Positions 12,046-25,106 of a DNA stretch of 64,000 nt are shown one piece after another; positions within the stretch are counted from its first letter, which is position 1, and every line of letters begins with the position of its first letter. Source of the stretch: Adineta vaga (Eukaryota > Animalia > Rotifera). A model generated the notes under the pieces. It saw only the letters and a list, made by a program, of their open reading frames with translations, was not told where the DNA came from and did not search any database. The stretch covers positions 12,524,001 to 12,588,000 of the forward strand of contig CP075494.1 in NCBI GenBank assembly GCA_021613535.1. Direction: 5' to 3'. The position numbers and the translations under genes are program-made.

Positions 12046-15000
12046 ATGCTCTACATCATACTACTAAATTTTGGTAAGTATATGTTTACTCAACTAAGAC
12101 GATTTGTATCTTGTCTGATTCTTTTTCTTTTCTTTTCGAAAGTTCTTTATCTAATCCATGCTGAATTGGTTATTAAACCAAGTGAGACCTCATTAACACG
12201 AGATCAATACAAATCATTTATTGCTTTGTGTACGGGTCAATCGAATGATCGGATCAGTGTATGGCGATCACCACAACACAAGGATATATCTGAGAACGAT
12301 AATGATCGGTAAACAATGAAAATAAAAGGAATTAGTAGGGTTTGAAAGTGTTGCTCTCGTTCTATTTTAAAAGGGTTATTGCTGAACGACAAACAAATGG
12401 ACTTCGATTAAGAATTCGAAATTTAACCATTGACGATCAAGGTATTCTACATTATGAAGATAAAGTGAAATATATTATTATTTTCTATTCAATAGGTACA
12501 TGGGAATGTATCGGTGCAGATATAAATGGGCAACAAATACGAAAATCATTTCAAATAATTATTAAAGGTTTATTTTCATTTGAGATGAAATTCGATACAA
12601 AGAAAATATTTTTTTCTTATAGTTCCAATCATTTTTCAAGCTGAATCAATTCAATATGTTGCATTGGGAGAATCTGCTACTATTAAATGTAGTGTTCAAG
12701 CTAATCCAATTGCTGAAATATCATGGTTTAAGGGTTCTGAAAAAATTCGTATTGGTTAGTTCATATATTCATTGAAAATGTTTATTTGACTTTGATTTTG
12801 TTAGAAACATCGAAATATGACTCAGTTCAGGATGGTCTACGTATAAATCATATCAATATGTCAGATAATGATACCTTTTGGTGTCGTGCGGACGTTCTCG
12901 AAACTGGCGAATCACGAGATTATCCAATTACTGTGATTGTTTCAAGTATGTCTTGAAATAGTTACAAGTAGAAGATAAGATATGATCATGTTTCTTTTTG
13001 TCTATTTCGATTAGAATTAATCGGTCAAGCACGTATTACTTGTGGAAATCCATGTGCAATTGAAAAGAAAACCGCAACATTGACTTGTGAAGCTTCTGGT
13101 TTACCAGAACCGAAATATTTATGGTTTTATGGTTCGGTAAGGCATTTTATTGAATGAAGAGAAGAAATATTTATAAACTGTCTAGATTGAGAGGTTTCGA
13201 ATAGTTGAAGTAAGACAGAGAGGAATGCAGCATGATCACTTCTCGTTATGAGTACTTGTACAATGCATGAATATATGTTTTTTGTTTGTTCAGATCAATG
13301 TTTTGACTATTGCGGTAATTGAATGTGTGTTTTAGTTTTTGAAACTAATCTTTATGACGTTTTATTTTTGAATAATGATGAATGAGGAATTGTATCATAT
13401 ATACAGGGAGATGAAACAAAATTAATGCCTATAAATTTAACTATGATATTGTATCATCTTATGTCAGAAGTAATTCGAACTGGTGGAGAACGGATTGTGA
13501 GTAATGAGAAAGTTGAATAGGAGATTTCATTAATTAATTTGCATGACACTCATTGCTTTGATTTTTTTATTATGTGTGTGTGTTAGTATTTGATCTTCTA
13601 TACGTGTGTTATCTCTTGTTGAATTTGAAATCATATGTGTATCTATATATATTTAGGAAAAAGCAGTAAGTGCTAGTGAAGTACCGAAATTAGTTGTACG
13701 AGGAAATCAATTGACAATAAATTATGTTGATGAAGCAGATAATGGTAAATATTCATGTCAAGCATTTAATGAATTTGATCGAAAAGGACAACGAGCAGAA
13801 TATAGTTTAAATGTGATTGGTAAGTCATTTTGTTTCATGATAGAAGTTGATCTTTTCATTGAGATTAATTTTAGTTCCACCACGTTTATCACTTATGCCA
13901 CCAATTGAAATTAATTATGATCCACAAAATCCTCAACGTGTTTCTTTTCAATGTCGAATTGAACGTGGTTCCGTCGATGGTCTATCGTTAGAATGGCAAT
14001 ATCTGAATAATACACCCGTGCAATCAACAAATGGCATTTCCATTGATAAAACTCAGTTGGAAACAAATAAATTAATTGAATTACATTTTAATCCTGTACA
14101 ACGTGAACATTTTGGTAATTATTCATGTGTCGCAAAAAATCTGGCAGATAGTACTTATTCAATTGCTAGTCTTTTGATTAAATGTAAGTTTTTTCAATGA
14201 TGACAATCATCTCAATTCAAATACATATTAACACCTATATTCACACTTTTTTCATGAACTATATTTTATTTTAGTTCAACCAATCTATGTTGGACCGAAT
14301 ATTAATACGATATCTACGATTTTAAATTATCGTACAATTATGCGTTGTTTATTTGAATCATATCCTGTTCCACAAATTCAATGGATTAAAATGAGTCGAA
14401 CTTTACAAGATCCTGAAGGACGAATATTAGCTACTGATATTGATAATGGAGTGAATGATATAACTACCAGACAACTTGGATTAACATTATTTGAAAGTGT
14501 TCTTTCTGTAAATATTCAAAATTATCTTTCTTTTTAAAAAAAAAAGAAAACTAAATGAATAAGAATGTGCTTTTTTTCTCTCTATATTTCAGTATACACC
14601 AACTGAACGTGATTTTGGTTTAAGTTTTGAATGTCGAGCATTAAATCCTCGTATTGGTCGACATTCATTTACTCTTCAACGTGCTAAACCACCAAAAAAA
14701 GTCAATATTACCGAAGTGAAATCCTTTTCGACTGGCGCAGAGATCTTTATTCAATCCTTAGAAATGGGTGATCTTCCTATTGTACAATATATTCTAAAAT
14801 ATGATTTACAAAGTACGAAACATAGCCAATTACAAACATTAATCGTTCCAGGTAATCTATATATTTCTTCTGTTTACATTGAATCTATTTCATTGATTGA
14901 ACGCGATTTAGCACAAGTTTCAGCAAAACAAATCATTAAAATTGAAAATCTTCAACCAAGTACTGATTATCATTTAACACTTATTGCTGAATCACAAGCT

Positions 15001-15779
15001 GGTATCGGTCAACCAACAGGTCCAATAAATTTTCGAACATTAGATAAACAAATACCAGATTTTACTATTGATCAAAATTCAAATCGAACATGTCCAAATG
15101 ATGATAGATGTGTAATTACATGGAATGTTCAATCAGATGGTGGAGCACCTATTTTTCGAGTAGAAATACTCTATGCACAAGTTTGAATATCTTCGAAATT
15201 TATTTCAATATCTAATCTTTTCGTTTTAGGCAAAAGATGAAAAAAGTTTAGATTACGAAGATCCATTAAGTTTACCGATCTCTATGGAATCACCAATAAC
15301 AGAATATGAATTGACACGATTGAAAGCAGATACGAATTATATTGTGATAGTTAAATTACATAATGAAGCTGGTATTGCGGAACGTAGATTTCGAATTAAA
15401 ACAAATAAAGAAAATACTGGTAAGTAAAGAAGTTTGAACAAAATTGAATAAACTATTTTCTGCTCTAGAATACAATGAAACACAGAAGAAACCTTTAATA
15501 ACAGATTATCGAAAACCTCAACCAAGCAAATGGGCTATTATTGGTATCATTTTAGCTATTATTGTAGCGGCTGTTACAATCGTAACTATTTGTATTCTAT
15601 TACGTATTTGTCGATTTGATGGAATACATAAAACAACGAATTCGTAAGTAAAGAAATAATTGACCAAATGAAATTTTTTAAAGAATATTTCTTTTAGTGA
15701 TCATCAAACAACACCAATGATGAATGGTGAACCTCATTCTGATAAGACAAATAGTCTTTCATCATCAACAAAGGTATGA
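12046..15779 (+). CDS. NCAM/Fasciclin-2-like cell adhesion molecule (signal peptide, 5 Ig, 2 FN3, TM, short tail ending STKV)
   Basis: Ig Cys/Trp motifs across exons (DDQG|TWEC, DNDTFWC, DNGKYSC, HFGNYSC, DFGLSFEC), FN3 motifs (NLQPSTDYHL; LKADTNY) and TM WAIIGIILAIIVAAVTIVTICILL. Confidence 0.85.
13186..13209 (+). other. Candidate 24-nt in-frame microexon (IERFRIVE) in Ig3 of the NCAM-like gene
   Basis: ctgtctAG|24 nt|GTAAGA, phase 0-0 like the flanking exons; upstream intron 49 nt. Confidence 0.6.
13294..13314 (+). other. Candidate 21-nt in-frame microexon (INVLTIA) in Ig3 of the NCAM-like gene
   Basis: ttttttgtttgttcAG|21 nt|GTAATT, phase 0-0; TGCATG at 13264 upstream. Confidence 0.6.
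13407..13496 (+). other. Candidate 90-nt in-frame cassette exon (GDETKLMPINLTMILYHLMSEVIRTGGERI) in Ig3 of the NCAM-like gene
   Basis: tatacAG|90 nt, no stop|GTGAGT, phase 0-0; TGCATG at ~13540 downstream; weak polypyrimidine tract. Confidence 0.45.
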
Positions 15780-17165
15780 TAATCAAAATGAATTCTTTTA
15801 TACCTTTATTCAGATATTAATAGCATAAAAAATTCGATACAACATCCATTCGTTTATTTCCTGATGATGATTCTCTATAAAAAAAAATCAACTAGTACAT
15901 ATATCTTTGCTTCATCTGTTTGCTAATTCTTCTCCTTCGTCTTTTTGTTTTATTTTTCATACATTTTATACTTTGTTCTTCTCTTTTTAGCTTGGTGATG
16001 CAGTATAATTATCATTGATCTGATCAGATTTTGAAAAAAACTAAATGCACTGCATGAACAAATGTCCATTTAAATTTGAACTACAGAGAATGCTCATCAT
16101 ACATAGAAATATTTGTATATAATATAATCACATATGTATGATAGTGATGCTCTATTTTTCCGTCTAGATATTTCTCCTTGTCATCATCATTTCTTTTCTT
16201 ATTTCCATCTAGTCAAATATTCCTAGAATATCGTTTCTCGATTTAAACTTGTATAACATTTTCTTGTACTGTTTTTCTTCTCTTGTATAAATGTTAAACA
16301 GTGCTTATTCCACTAAAGCAGAATGATATATTCAAATAAATTCAAATTGTCTCCTCATCGTAATTAAATTCTTGTATTTGACACATCAACTCAATCAAAG
16401 CAAGAATTACGCTCTATACAGATATAAATGAGTATAAAATAGAACTGTCTATCATTATTAATACTGTTTAAGCATATTAATATGTAACTTGTGTTACCTG
16501 CTGTTATTAAACACGAGTATAGTATCCTTAACAAATCAAGTTCAGTCTATAGTAAGACACCCTGCAGTTGTATGGATGGTACACAAAATCGATAGGATAT
16601 CTCTTAATAATTAACAGATATGTTCAATGGTTATATTTGTTTCTGATGTTTCAGAATGAAAGAACTCACTGAATCTGACACATTTCTGTTGATTAATGAA
16701 TTTATAATCTGACATAAATCTATTTGAAAATGTCATCTTAAAAATAAGTGTTTTTATCTATGGATTTTTATTAATTCTCTGTTACTTTCTATATTCACCT
16801 TTTATGCAAACGAACTATATTTCGAAGGCAATCAATGAAAAACAACTAAATTTTTTTGCGCACTTGAACCACGCATTGCATCTCATTGTGAAAATCTATT
16901 TCCTCTGTATCTTAATCAAATAGTTCACAATATTAGATGTATATTACACTTTTCTATTAAAAGATCATGATAAAAATCGATCTCTTCTCTCCTACAGAGG
17001 TCACTTTATACAACTAAAGCAAAGAGAAAAGCTTATTAGTGAATAACTCTACACGATATAACAAATCAAAATCATCCAAAATAAATGTGTGTCCATGAAA
17101 AAAAAGAAATCAATCTTGTGAATTGTGATCTTTAATATTCAAGAAATTTTCTCTTTTCGTTATTG

Positions 17166-19635
17166 ATGGTAAAAGCACCGCCTGATCAATCATCTTCAAT
17201 GGCTGTCGATAGCCAAGAATCTCTATCGTCATCTACTCTACTCGAGCCAATAACATCTCCTAGTCAACTTCCAATTCATTCAATGCGTAAAAAAATCATT
17301 CAAACTGTATTTAATAATGATTGTTGTATTTTTCTTGGTGAAACTGGTTGTGGAAAAACGACTCAAATACCACGTTTTCTCTACGAAGCTCGTGAAAAGA
17401 AATTCAAACATTTGATGAATAAAAAATCGAAACGAAATAAAAATTTAATTTGTTGTACTCAACCACGTCGTGTTGCTGCAATATCAGTTGCTGAACGTGT
17501 TGCTAGTGAAGTGAATCAAAAATGTGGTGAACTTATTGGTTATAGTGTTCGTTTTGATGAATCAATTAGTCGTCAAACAAAGATTAAATACATGACTGAT
17601 GGTATGCTATTACGTGAAGCATTACTTGATCCATATCTTCGACAATACTCTATTGTTATTCTTGATGAAGCTCATGAAAGAACATTACATACTGATCTAC
17701 TCTTTGGTATTGTTAAACAAGCATTAACCTATCGAAAGAATTCAAAGAAAAATCCTTTACATGTATTGGTGATGTCAGCAACAATGAATGTAGATTTGTT
17801 TTCAAATTATTTCAATCAAGCACCAGTTTTATATTTACAAGGTCGACAATATCCTATTGATGTTTTTCATGTACAAGAAACTCAAACAGATTATATTCAT
17901 GCAACATTAATAACGTTATTTCAAGTAAAAAGAAAAATTAATCAAATAGAAATTATTCTGTTTTTTTTCCCTCAAATAGATTCATCGATCAACACCATTG
18001 AATGAAGGTATATTAATATTTCTCACTGGACAAGATGAAATTGATTCAACATGTAAAAGCATCAAACAAATTGTTGCTAGTGGAACAGAAGCATTAGAAC
18101 CAATTATTGTCTTACCATTATATGCAAATATGACAACTGTGAAACAAATGCTTGTGTTTAAGCAGACATCGGAAAGTACGAATAATCTCAAAAGATTTCC
18201 TTTTATGATTTATCAATTGATTTAGATATTCGAAAAGTGATTGTTTCGACAAATATTGGTGAAACTTCGATTACAATTCCAGGTATTCGACATGTTATCG
18301 ATTGTGGTCGTGTAAAAACAAAAACTTTCAATCCACAAACGGGTTTAGAAGTATTACAAGTACAAAAAATTTCTCAAGCACAAGCTTGGCAACGTACTGG
18401 ACGAGCTGGACGTGAATGTCCTGGAACATGCTATCGTATGTATTCAGGTAAAAACAAACTTTCTCAAACGTATTCACCTTCTTATAAATCAATAACTTCT
18501 GTATTTTTTTAGAAGAAGAATTCGAACAATTACCCTCTACTCCGATACCTGAACTGCTTCGTTGTAATTTAGCAACAGCTGCTCTACAAATTCTTGCTAT
18601 GGGAATAACAAATATCTCAACATTTGACTTTCTTTCTAAACCAGATGAAAAATCGATAACTGCTGCTTTACGTGAATTAACTTATCTTCGAGCAATTCAA
18701 TCTTCGAATGACAATATCTATGAATTAACTAACGATGGACGAAAAATGGCTTGTTTTCCACTCGATCCAAAGTTTGTTGAATTCAACGATGAAAGACTTG
18801 TATTGCTACTCTTGATTTTTAGATTATCACGATGTTTATTAGCTGCATCGGATCTTAATTGTCTTGAAGAAATGTTGAAATTAGTTAGTATTATGAGTGT
18901 TGATACGATCTTTCTCACTTCAATAAATTTAAATGAAAGAATGAAAATGCAACGACAAAAATTTACAATGAATGAAGGTGATCATTTAACATTATTAAAT
19001 GTTTATAAAAGTTTCATATCCAATAAAAAGAATAAAGTATGATTATTTCATTTGAAATCTAATTATTTCGAATAATTTCATTAGGAATGGTGTCAAATCA
19101 ATAAAATTAATCGACGAAATCTTTTACGAGCATGTGCAATACGAAAACAATTACGACGTATTTGTATTGAATTACAATTAAATATAAAATCGTGCGGAAC
19201 AAAATATAATCTTGTTAGGTAAGAGAAAAATGAATTTCTATTGCAACAAAAATGATTCATAGAATTGTTATTTAGACAAGCACTTGCTCAAGGATTATTT
19301 ATGAATGTTGCTGAATATTTTAAAGAAAATGATTATCGAACTGTAAGTTGAAATATGAAATGAAAAGAGAATTAATTTGAAATTTAGATTAATGATCGTC
19401 ATATTGTTAAAATTCATCCAAGTTCAGTATTATTTGGTGCAAAACCATCTTTAGTTGTATTCACTGAATTAATTCAAACAACCAAACGGTTTATTCGGTA
19501 AATATTTCATTATTTAAATTCAGATTTTTTGTAAAAAGACTAATTTTTTATTCTAGTGATATAACAGTAGTTGAACCCGATTGGCTTATTGAAAGTAATC
19601 CGGACTATTTTAAAACTCGTCTTTCTTCCAAGTAG
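17166..19635 (+). CDS. DHX33: DEAH-box RNA helicase, DHX33-like, multi-exon
   Basis: Motifs GETGCGKTTQ, TQPRRVAA, DEAHER, SAT, STNIGETSITIPGI, QRTGRAGR, HA2 region (GDHLTLLNVY) and OB fold (IHPSSVL). Short N-terminus and QTDYIHATLITLFQIH favour DHX33. Confidence 0.85.
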
Positions 19636-19749
19636 TATGGTTTTGTTTCTATTTGTACAAATCAGTGATATGATTTGTGATTTGTTTATTAGCAAATAAA
19701 AAAGAGCAAGAGGAGAAAAAAAAAAGAAAAATTACCGAATAAGCATCAT

Positions 19750-20016
19750 TTAATTTTCATTTTTTTCTAAAGTTATTAATTCTTTATCATGAACACCTTG
19801 TAAGAGTAATTCGGATGAATAACTAACGACTTTACGACGTTTTGCTGCTTTCAATGTTCCAGCTAAACTTTCCAAAGTATTTTGAACTTCATCATTACGA
19901 AATAAATCACCAAATGTTGTTTCATATTTACCACTTGATGTATTGGGTTTACCAATTGTTCGAATGAAATTTACTAATAAAGTTATTTCATGTTCGACTT
20001 GAGCGTTATTCGCCAT
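19750..20016 (-). CDS. ABRACL: Costars-domain protein (ABRACL)
   Basis: 88 aa; VEHEI..L...I..IG, FGDLF.D.V.N..ESLAGTLKAAKRRKVVSY..ELLLQGVHD consensus. Confidence 0.92.
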   Translation of the reverse strand: MANNAQVEHEITLLVNFIRTIGKPNTSSGKYETTFGDLFRNDEVQNTLESLAGTLKAAKRRKVVSYSSELLLQGVHDKELITLEKNEN

Positions 20017-21066
20017 TGTTTTTCAATTTTGTTTGTGTTGTTGAAAAAGAAACAAGTACAAGTATTCGTTTGTCTTATCATCATATATTTGTCTAATATT
20101 ATCATAGGTCTTGTGATGTCGCTGTTGATCAATCAACATTTCGATATTAGATAATGAAGAATATTAAGAAATATCAATGAGGTATAACATTGTTCTTATT
20201 GTTTTAGCATTGAAACTTAATAATCAATTTCATGCAAGATCAGTTTTGTGAGATGATATTTCCAATATTAATAAAGAACAAACATCTACCATTGACTATT
20301 TCTATATAATGACAAACATGACATAGTGAAGCTTTCGAATGTACTTTAGAAAAGTGAGAGGAACTTTGTTTTATCTTTTGAAGGATTTTATATGTAAAAA
20401 AAACGAGTAATTAGTTTTGACTTTTGGCTATGTCTGTTATAATTATTATCATCTTGTTTATATATGAATAGGCTATTAATAGAAAAATTAATGTCTACAG
20501 GCCTTAGAGTTTGTTCTTATCTGTCCAATGATTTCCATCTGTGTTATTTAATTATCACACAACATGCTTATTATTACTATTATTATTATTTCTGCTTCTG
20601 AAAATTGCCAATACGTATGTCATGATCATTTTCAAAAGAAAAAAGAAAAACTCGATTTAGACAAATCAATATCGATTGAATTGTTTCGACAAGATTCGTT
20701 AAGTGTTCTGAATCTATCGATCCAACTGGTTATATTAAATTCCCCACGGCGTATTCGATTCTATCTCTCTATGCCATCAATTGTTAGAGAGATATTCATC
20801 ATTTAGTTCTATTAAAACTTTTAGTACCAATGACTTTTATTCTTTTTGTTTCTTTTTTGCCTACAGATATACAATTTATTTACTGGAATTGACATCAATG
20901 AAATAGTGGATGTAAGAACGAAAAGAATTCATTGAACTAGAGTAAAGTAGTAAGTAGTGTCCTTCTGCTCCTTGTACGAATCGCTCGAGAAGAAAAGATC
21001 TCCGTTGACATTTAATGCGATGCTTTATTATTATTATTATTACTGCTCTTACTAAGAAAAAAAATT

Positions 21067-21762
21067 TTAATGAGCAACTGGCTCAGCTTCAGGAAAAATA
21101 AGTGTAAATGTTTCATAACCGACACCATATGTATAAATAGGTAATTGGTCATGTGATGGAATTTCTTTTCCATCCGTATGAAATTCAAGTAATTGAACAA
21201 TTGGTCGAAACCATCCACTACATGATGGAACAATCTTGCAATAATTAGTTTTATCCTCTGTTTCTTCTAATGGTGGTTGAAGAAGTGTTCGAAATCCTGC
21301 TGGTACTATTGCACTACTGACAGGTAAACAATAAAACCGTGGTTGAACACGTATTGTGCAAAATGGTTCATCTTGATCAGGCAAATATATCTTTGCATAT
21401 GTACTATCGTCATTCCAACGAAATATTGCGAGTTTTTTTGGAACATTCCAATTACGTCGTCCATTAATGACTGAGTCGAGTGAAGAAACATAGATTTGTG
21501 AAATACGGTTATATGTTCTATCGCCGAATTGATAGCAACCAGGTACTAATATTAATTCATCATAAGGTCCGACAGGCGAATTAGTGTAACGAACAAGAAT
21601 TATTCCACCGAAACCACCACGAAATGGACTTCGAATTGGATCAGGATTTTCATTGAATGAATCTTGGGCAATTCGTGATTTGTGATAAAATAAATAGGAA
21701 ACTGAACCAGTTAAAGTCCATGGAGCAGGAGCATCTTTGATTTTATTCGTGTTATTCTCCAT
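21067..21762 (-). CDS. Acetoacetate decarboxylase-like superfamily protein, intronless, microbial-type
   Basis: APAPWTLTG N-terminus, RYTNSPVGPYDEL and SQIYVSS..SVINGRRNWNVPK motifs typical of bacterial/fungal ADC-like proteins. Confidence 0.8.
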   Translation of the reverse strand: MENNTNKIKDAPAPWTLTGSVSYLFYHKSRIAQDSFNENPDPIRSPFRGGFGGIILVRYTNSPVGPYDELILVPGCYQFGDRTYNRISQIYVSSLDSVINGRRNWNVPKKLAIFRWNDDSTYAKIYLPDQDEPFCTIRVQPRFYCLPVSSAIVPAGFRTLLQPPLEETEDKTNYCKIVPSCSGWFRPIVQLLEFHTDGKEIPSHDQLPIYTYGVGYETFTLIFPEAEPVAH

Positions 21763-24368
21763 GATATAGTTTTGATAATAGAGTTGTTTATCTCTTCTAA
21801 AATTTAAACCATATTCGTTGTCGTACTTTTCGAATTCACCATCAAGGTATACATGACATAGTTTTCACAGTAAGGTGCTGACCTCATCAGGAGAGAATCT
21901 CTAAGGTACATATACTCTACATAATAAATCTTTAAATAGTTCGAACCTTTGACATGAACTATCTACGATAATCTCTATTAAGAGTTTCATTTTAATCATC
22001 ATGCAATTCTTTCTTATATCTCTCGTTTTTTTTTCGTGCTTCAAAAATATCTCTTGCCATTTTTACATTCGATAGTTTCTAAATATTAATATGTATTATA
22101 TAAATACAAATATATATATATATATTCATTCCAAAAAATTAATATCACAATATAACCGATCAATCAATATGTCTTGTAACGGCAAGGAGCGTTGGTGGTA
22201 TTGTTTAAGACGTCATTACATACTTCATAACAAGCTAGAGCGATCATCAATATTAACCGAACTGCAATAACAGCATTGGTCCAATTAGCTCTAGTGCCTC
22301 GTTGTTACAAACAAAAGAGAAAAAACCTAGAGAGAGAAACCGAAGAAAAAGAAGAAGAAATGTTGCCGCATTTTTCTCCTCTTTCACTGTTATTTTGTAT
22401 TGAAAATCGAGAAAGCGAAAGAAAGAGCATACACATAAGATCTCGCCCGTCAACCCACTCATTCAATGAATAGTCGTATAGGCCTATCAAGAGGAGGAGA
22501 AGAGAGGCTGTGACAGAGACAGAGAAGAAGCTTGCTATTACTTCTGTTGAGCGCACAGTGCCGCTTACGCAGACAATACAGACCAGAGATCATCTACATA
22601 CAAAACATATAACAGAGACAGCAGCATCGGCAAAATGAACATGATAAAAGAAATGAGACAACTGCCCTTCTTCTTCTGTTTCATCTTTTCTTCTTATTCT
22701 TCTTCTTCTGCTGCTGCTACGTCCGTTTCATAATTACGTTTAGTGTGTTCCGCTCATCATCATCGTCATCGTCGTTTCGTGATCCATCGACGCAAGTTGC
22801 TCAACAGCACGTCACACGCACCAAATCGCTTGGTTAGATAGAACGATAAATATAAGAAACATTTTTTTTCTCTAAAACTTATTCCTCACTCAAAGTAAGT
22901 AGACATTCTTCTGGATACATTCAACACATATGTCTAACGAAGTCCACCTTTTAATTTGTATCTATATGTTCTGTTTATATATTCAGCATAGATAAATGAG
23001 GAAGTCAGAGAAAGGATTAAACATGATCAGAGTAACAAAATCTCGATGGATAAGTGAGACAGGAAAATAATATTTGCTTGATTCGTGTTAGTTATTAAGT
23101 AATCGGATGTTTTCATGAGGTTAGGAAGAGAAAAAAAAACAATTTCTATTGTCAACATATGGATTAATGTAATGATTTTTAATAATCATCTACATTAGTT
23201 TTCTATTCAAATTCCATACAAAGAAATATTCTTTTGCATTATTCGTATCATGTTCTCTTCTCTTGCATTAGAGCAAAAGTCAGACATGATCGTCGTCGAT
23301 CCAACAGCCTTTTTTTCTCCAATACAAATTGATAATTAAGTTGAGCTATAACACGCTCCAATTAACGGTACTTGATCAACAAATAGATCGGCACAAGTTG
23401 ACGTGTGCTAGCTATTGAAATAACAACAACAACAACAACGACGATGATGACGAACGACAGGAGAAAAAAATATCGATTAATCCTTGATGAGTTTTTTTTT
23501 CTCTTCTCTTATTTAGCAATAGCATCGTATTCTATCGAGATGACGTTGTCAAGCGTATATATCTAATGCCAATTTGGCTTTCAACAGATACAGCTAGGAG
23601 GATCTTCCTAATATGAAAAGACATGGATAATGTCGATTAGAAATGTAAAACTGAGAAATAGTAACGAAGGAAAAAGAAAAGCATCATCATTATCATCATC
23701 ATATACGAAAAGGAAAAATGGAAGCGGATGCGTTTAGGTTTTCTTCGAGTTCTTTTTTTTCTCTATCTCTCTCTCTCTCTCTTTTCTAATGTGCACTATG
23801 TTATGTTATGATGAACAACGTTTCTTTTCTCATGCATTCGGACGTATGCTCTCATGCTCTTATTTTTCTTTCTCGTTCGTTTTTTTTCTTCTTTCTAGCA
23901 TGATGATTCTTGCATGTAAGTGTATTGCGTGTATGGAATACGAGTTGTTTGAGCCACAAAAAAGGTGGAGAAGAACAAGGGAGAAAAAAAGAGGAGGAGA
24001 AGACGAAGAATTTAGATTGTTCAGTAGACAGCATATTCTTCACGATATAAAGCGACTTGCGTGAAGAAGAGTAGAATTGCAAACGAAGAATAGATCAGTT
24101 TTTCTTTCATACATAATTTCTCTCACTTTCCATCGAATTCTCATATAGGTGAAACTATGTAAAAATTAATTTGATACAGAAAAAAAAGAGAAATTTTGTT
24201 TTGAAATAAAATACTTTTTAAATTTTCTTATATAATTGTTTTAAAAATAACATATTAATCTCAGATTTGGATTAATACGAAGATATCTTTATATTTAAGT
24301 TTTCCGTGACCTTTTTTTATTTAAATATTCATTGTATATAATTGGTACTCTTTTTCTAGGATGTCAAA

Positions 24369-25106
24369 ATGGGCACTGCCGAATCGTCTCAATCGCCCGA
24401 AATCGGTGGTCTCGGCGGTTTTAATGCTCCCTCGTCATTTCGTAGACAATCACCTAATGTTGCTCGTTTAATTCATGGTGAAAATTCACAGAAAATGGAA
24501 TATGAATTTCCAATAGCGGATATTAATACTACTAATTTAGGACATTATCGTCATCATAATAATAGTGGTGGTGGAACTAGTAATCATACGATAATCGCTG
24601 GCAATAAGACTTCTCATCTATCTCATCCACAAATCAATCATAATGATAGTTTTCTATCCAATACAAAAATGTCCTCGAATGAAACATCGAGTTTATGGTC
24701 ATCATTAACAAGTTGTTTTGCTTGTCGTACACGTGACGGAACGACATCAACAATGAATCCTCTACGCGATAAAGTTCATGCTATACGTATTGTTCGAGCA
24801 TCGAATGATCTAACACCAGCTGTCTTCGATTCGCATTATAATATCATTACACTTGAACAATTACGTGAATGTGACAATAATATGAGTGGAAATCTTCATG
24901 ATTCATCTGATTCCAATAGTCCTGATAATATTCATTCGGGTCATAGTGGAAATGGTTCTATATCATCATCACCATCATCCAACAATGGAAGTAATCGACG
25001 AATGAAAAAGAAGAAAAAGAAACGAACGACATCAGGAACTTATGCAGTTAAAACAGGTGTTTCAAATGATGATGATGATGGTGGTGGTGGTTACGGACGG
25101 ACGTAG
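24369..25106 (+). CDS. Hypothetical low-complexity protein with predicted N-myristoylation (MGTAES) and polybasic stretch
   Basis: 245-codon ORF just after acceptor ttttctAG (24359). A probable non-coding first exon ends at donor GTAAGT 22894. Confidence 0.6.
   Translation: MGTAESSQSPEIGGLGGFNAPSSFRRQSPNVARLIHGENSQKMEYEFPIADINTTNLGHYRHHNNSGGGTSNHTIIAGNKTSHLSHPQINHNDSFLSNTKMSSNETSSLWSSLTSCFACRTRDGTTSTMNPLRDKVHAIRIVRASNDLTPAVFDSHYNIITLEQLRECDNNMSGNLHDSSDSNSPDNIHSGHSGNGSISSSPSSNNGSNRRMKKKKKKRTTSGTYAVKTGVSNDDDDGGGGYGRT

Noticed and set aside
13587-13607. Possible fourth microexon (YLIFYTC) in the NCAM-like intron
   Set aside because: Donor GTTATC is poor and lies in TG-rich sequence.
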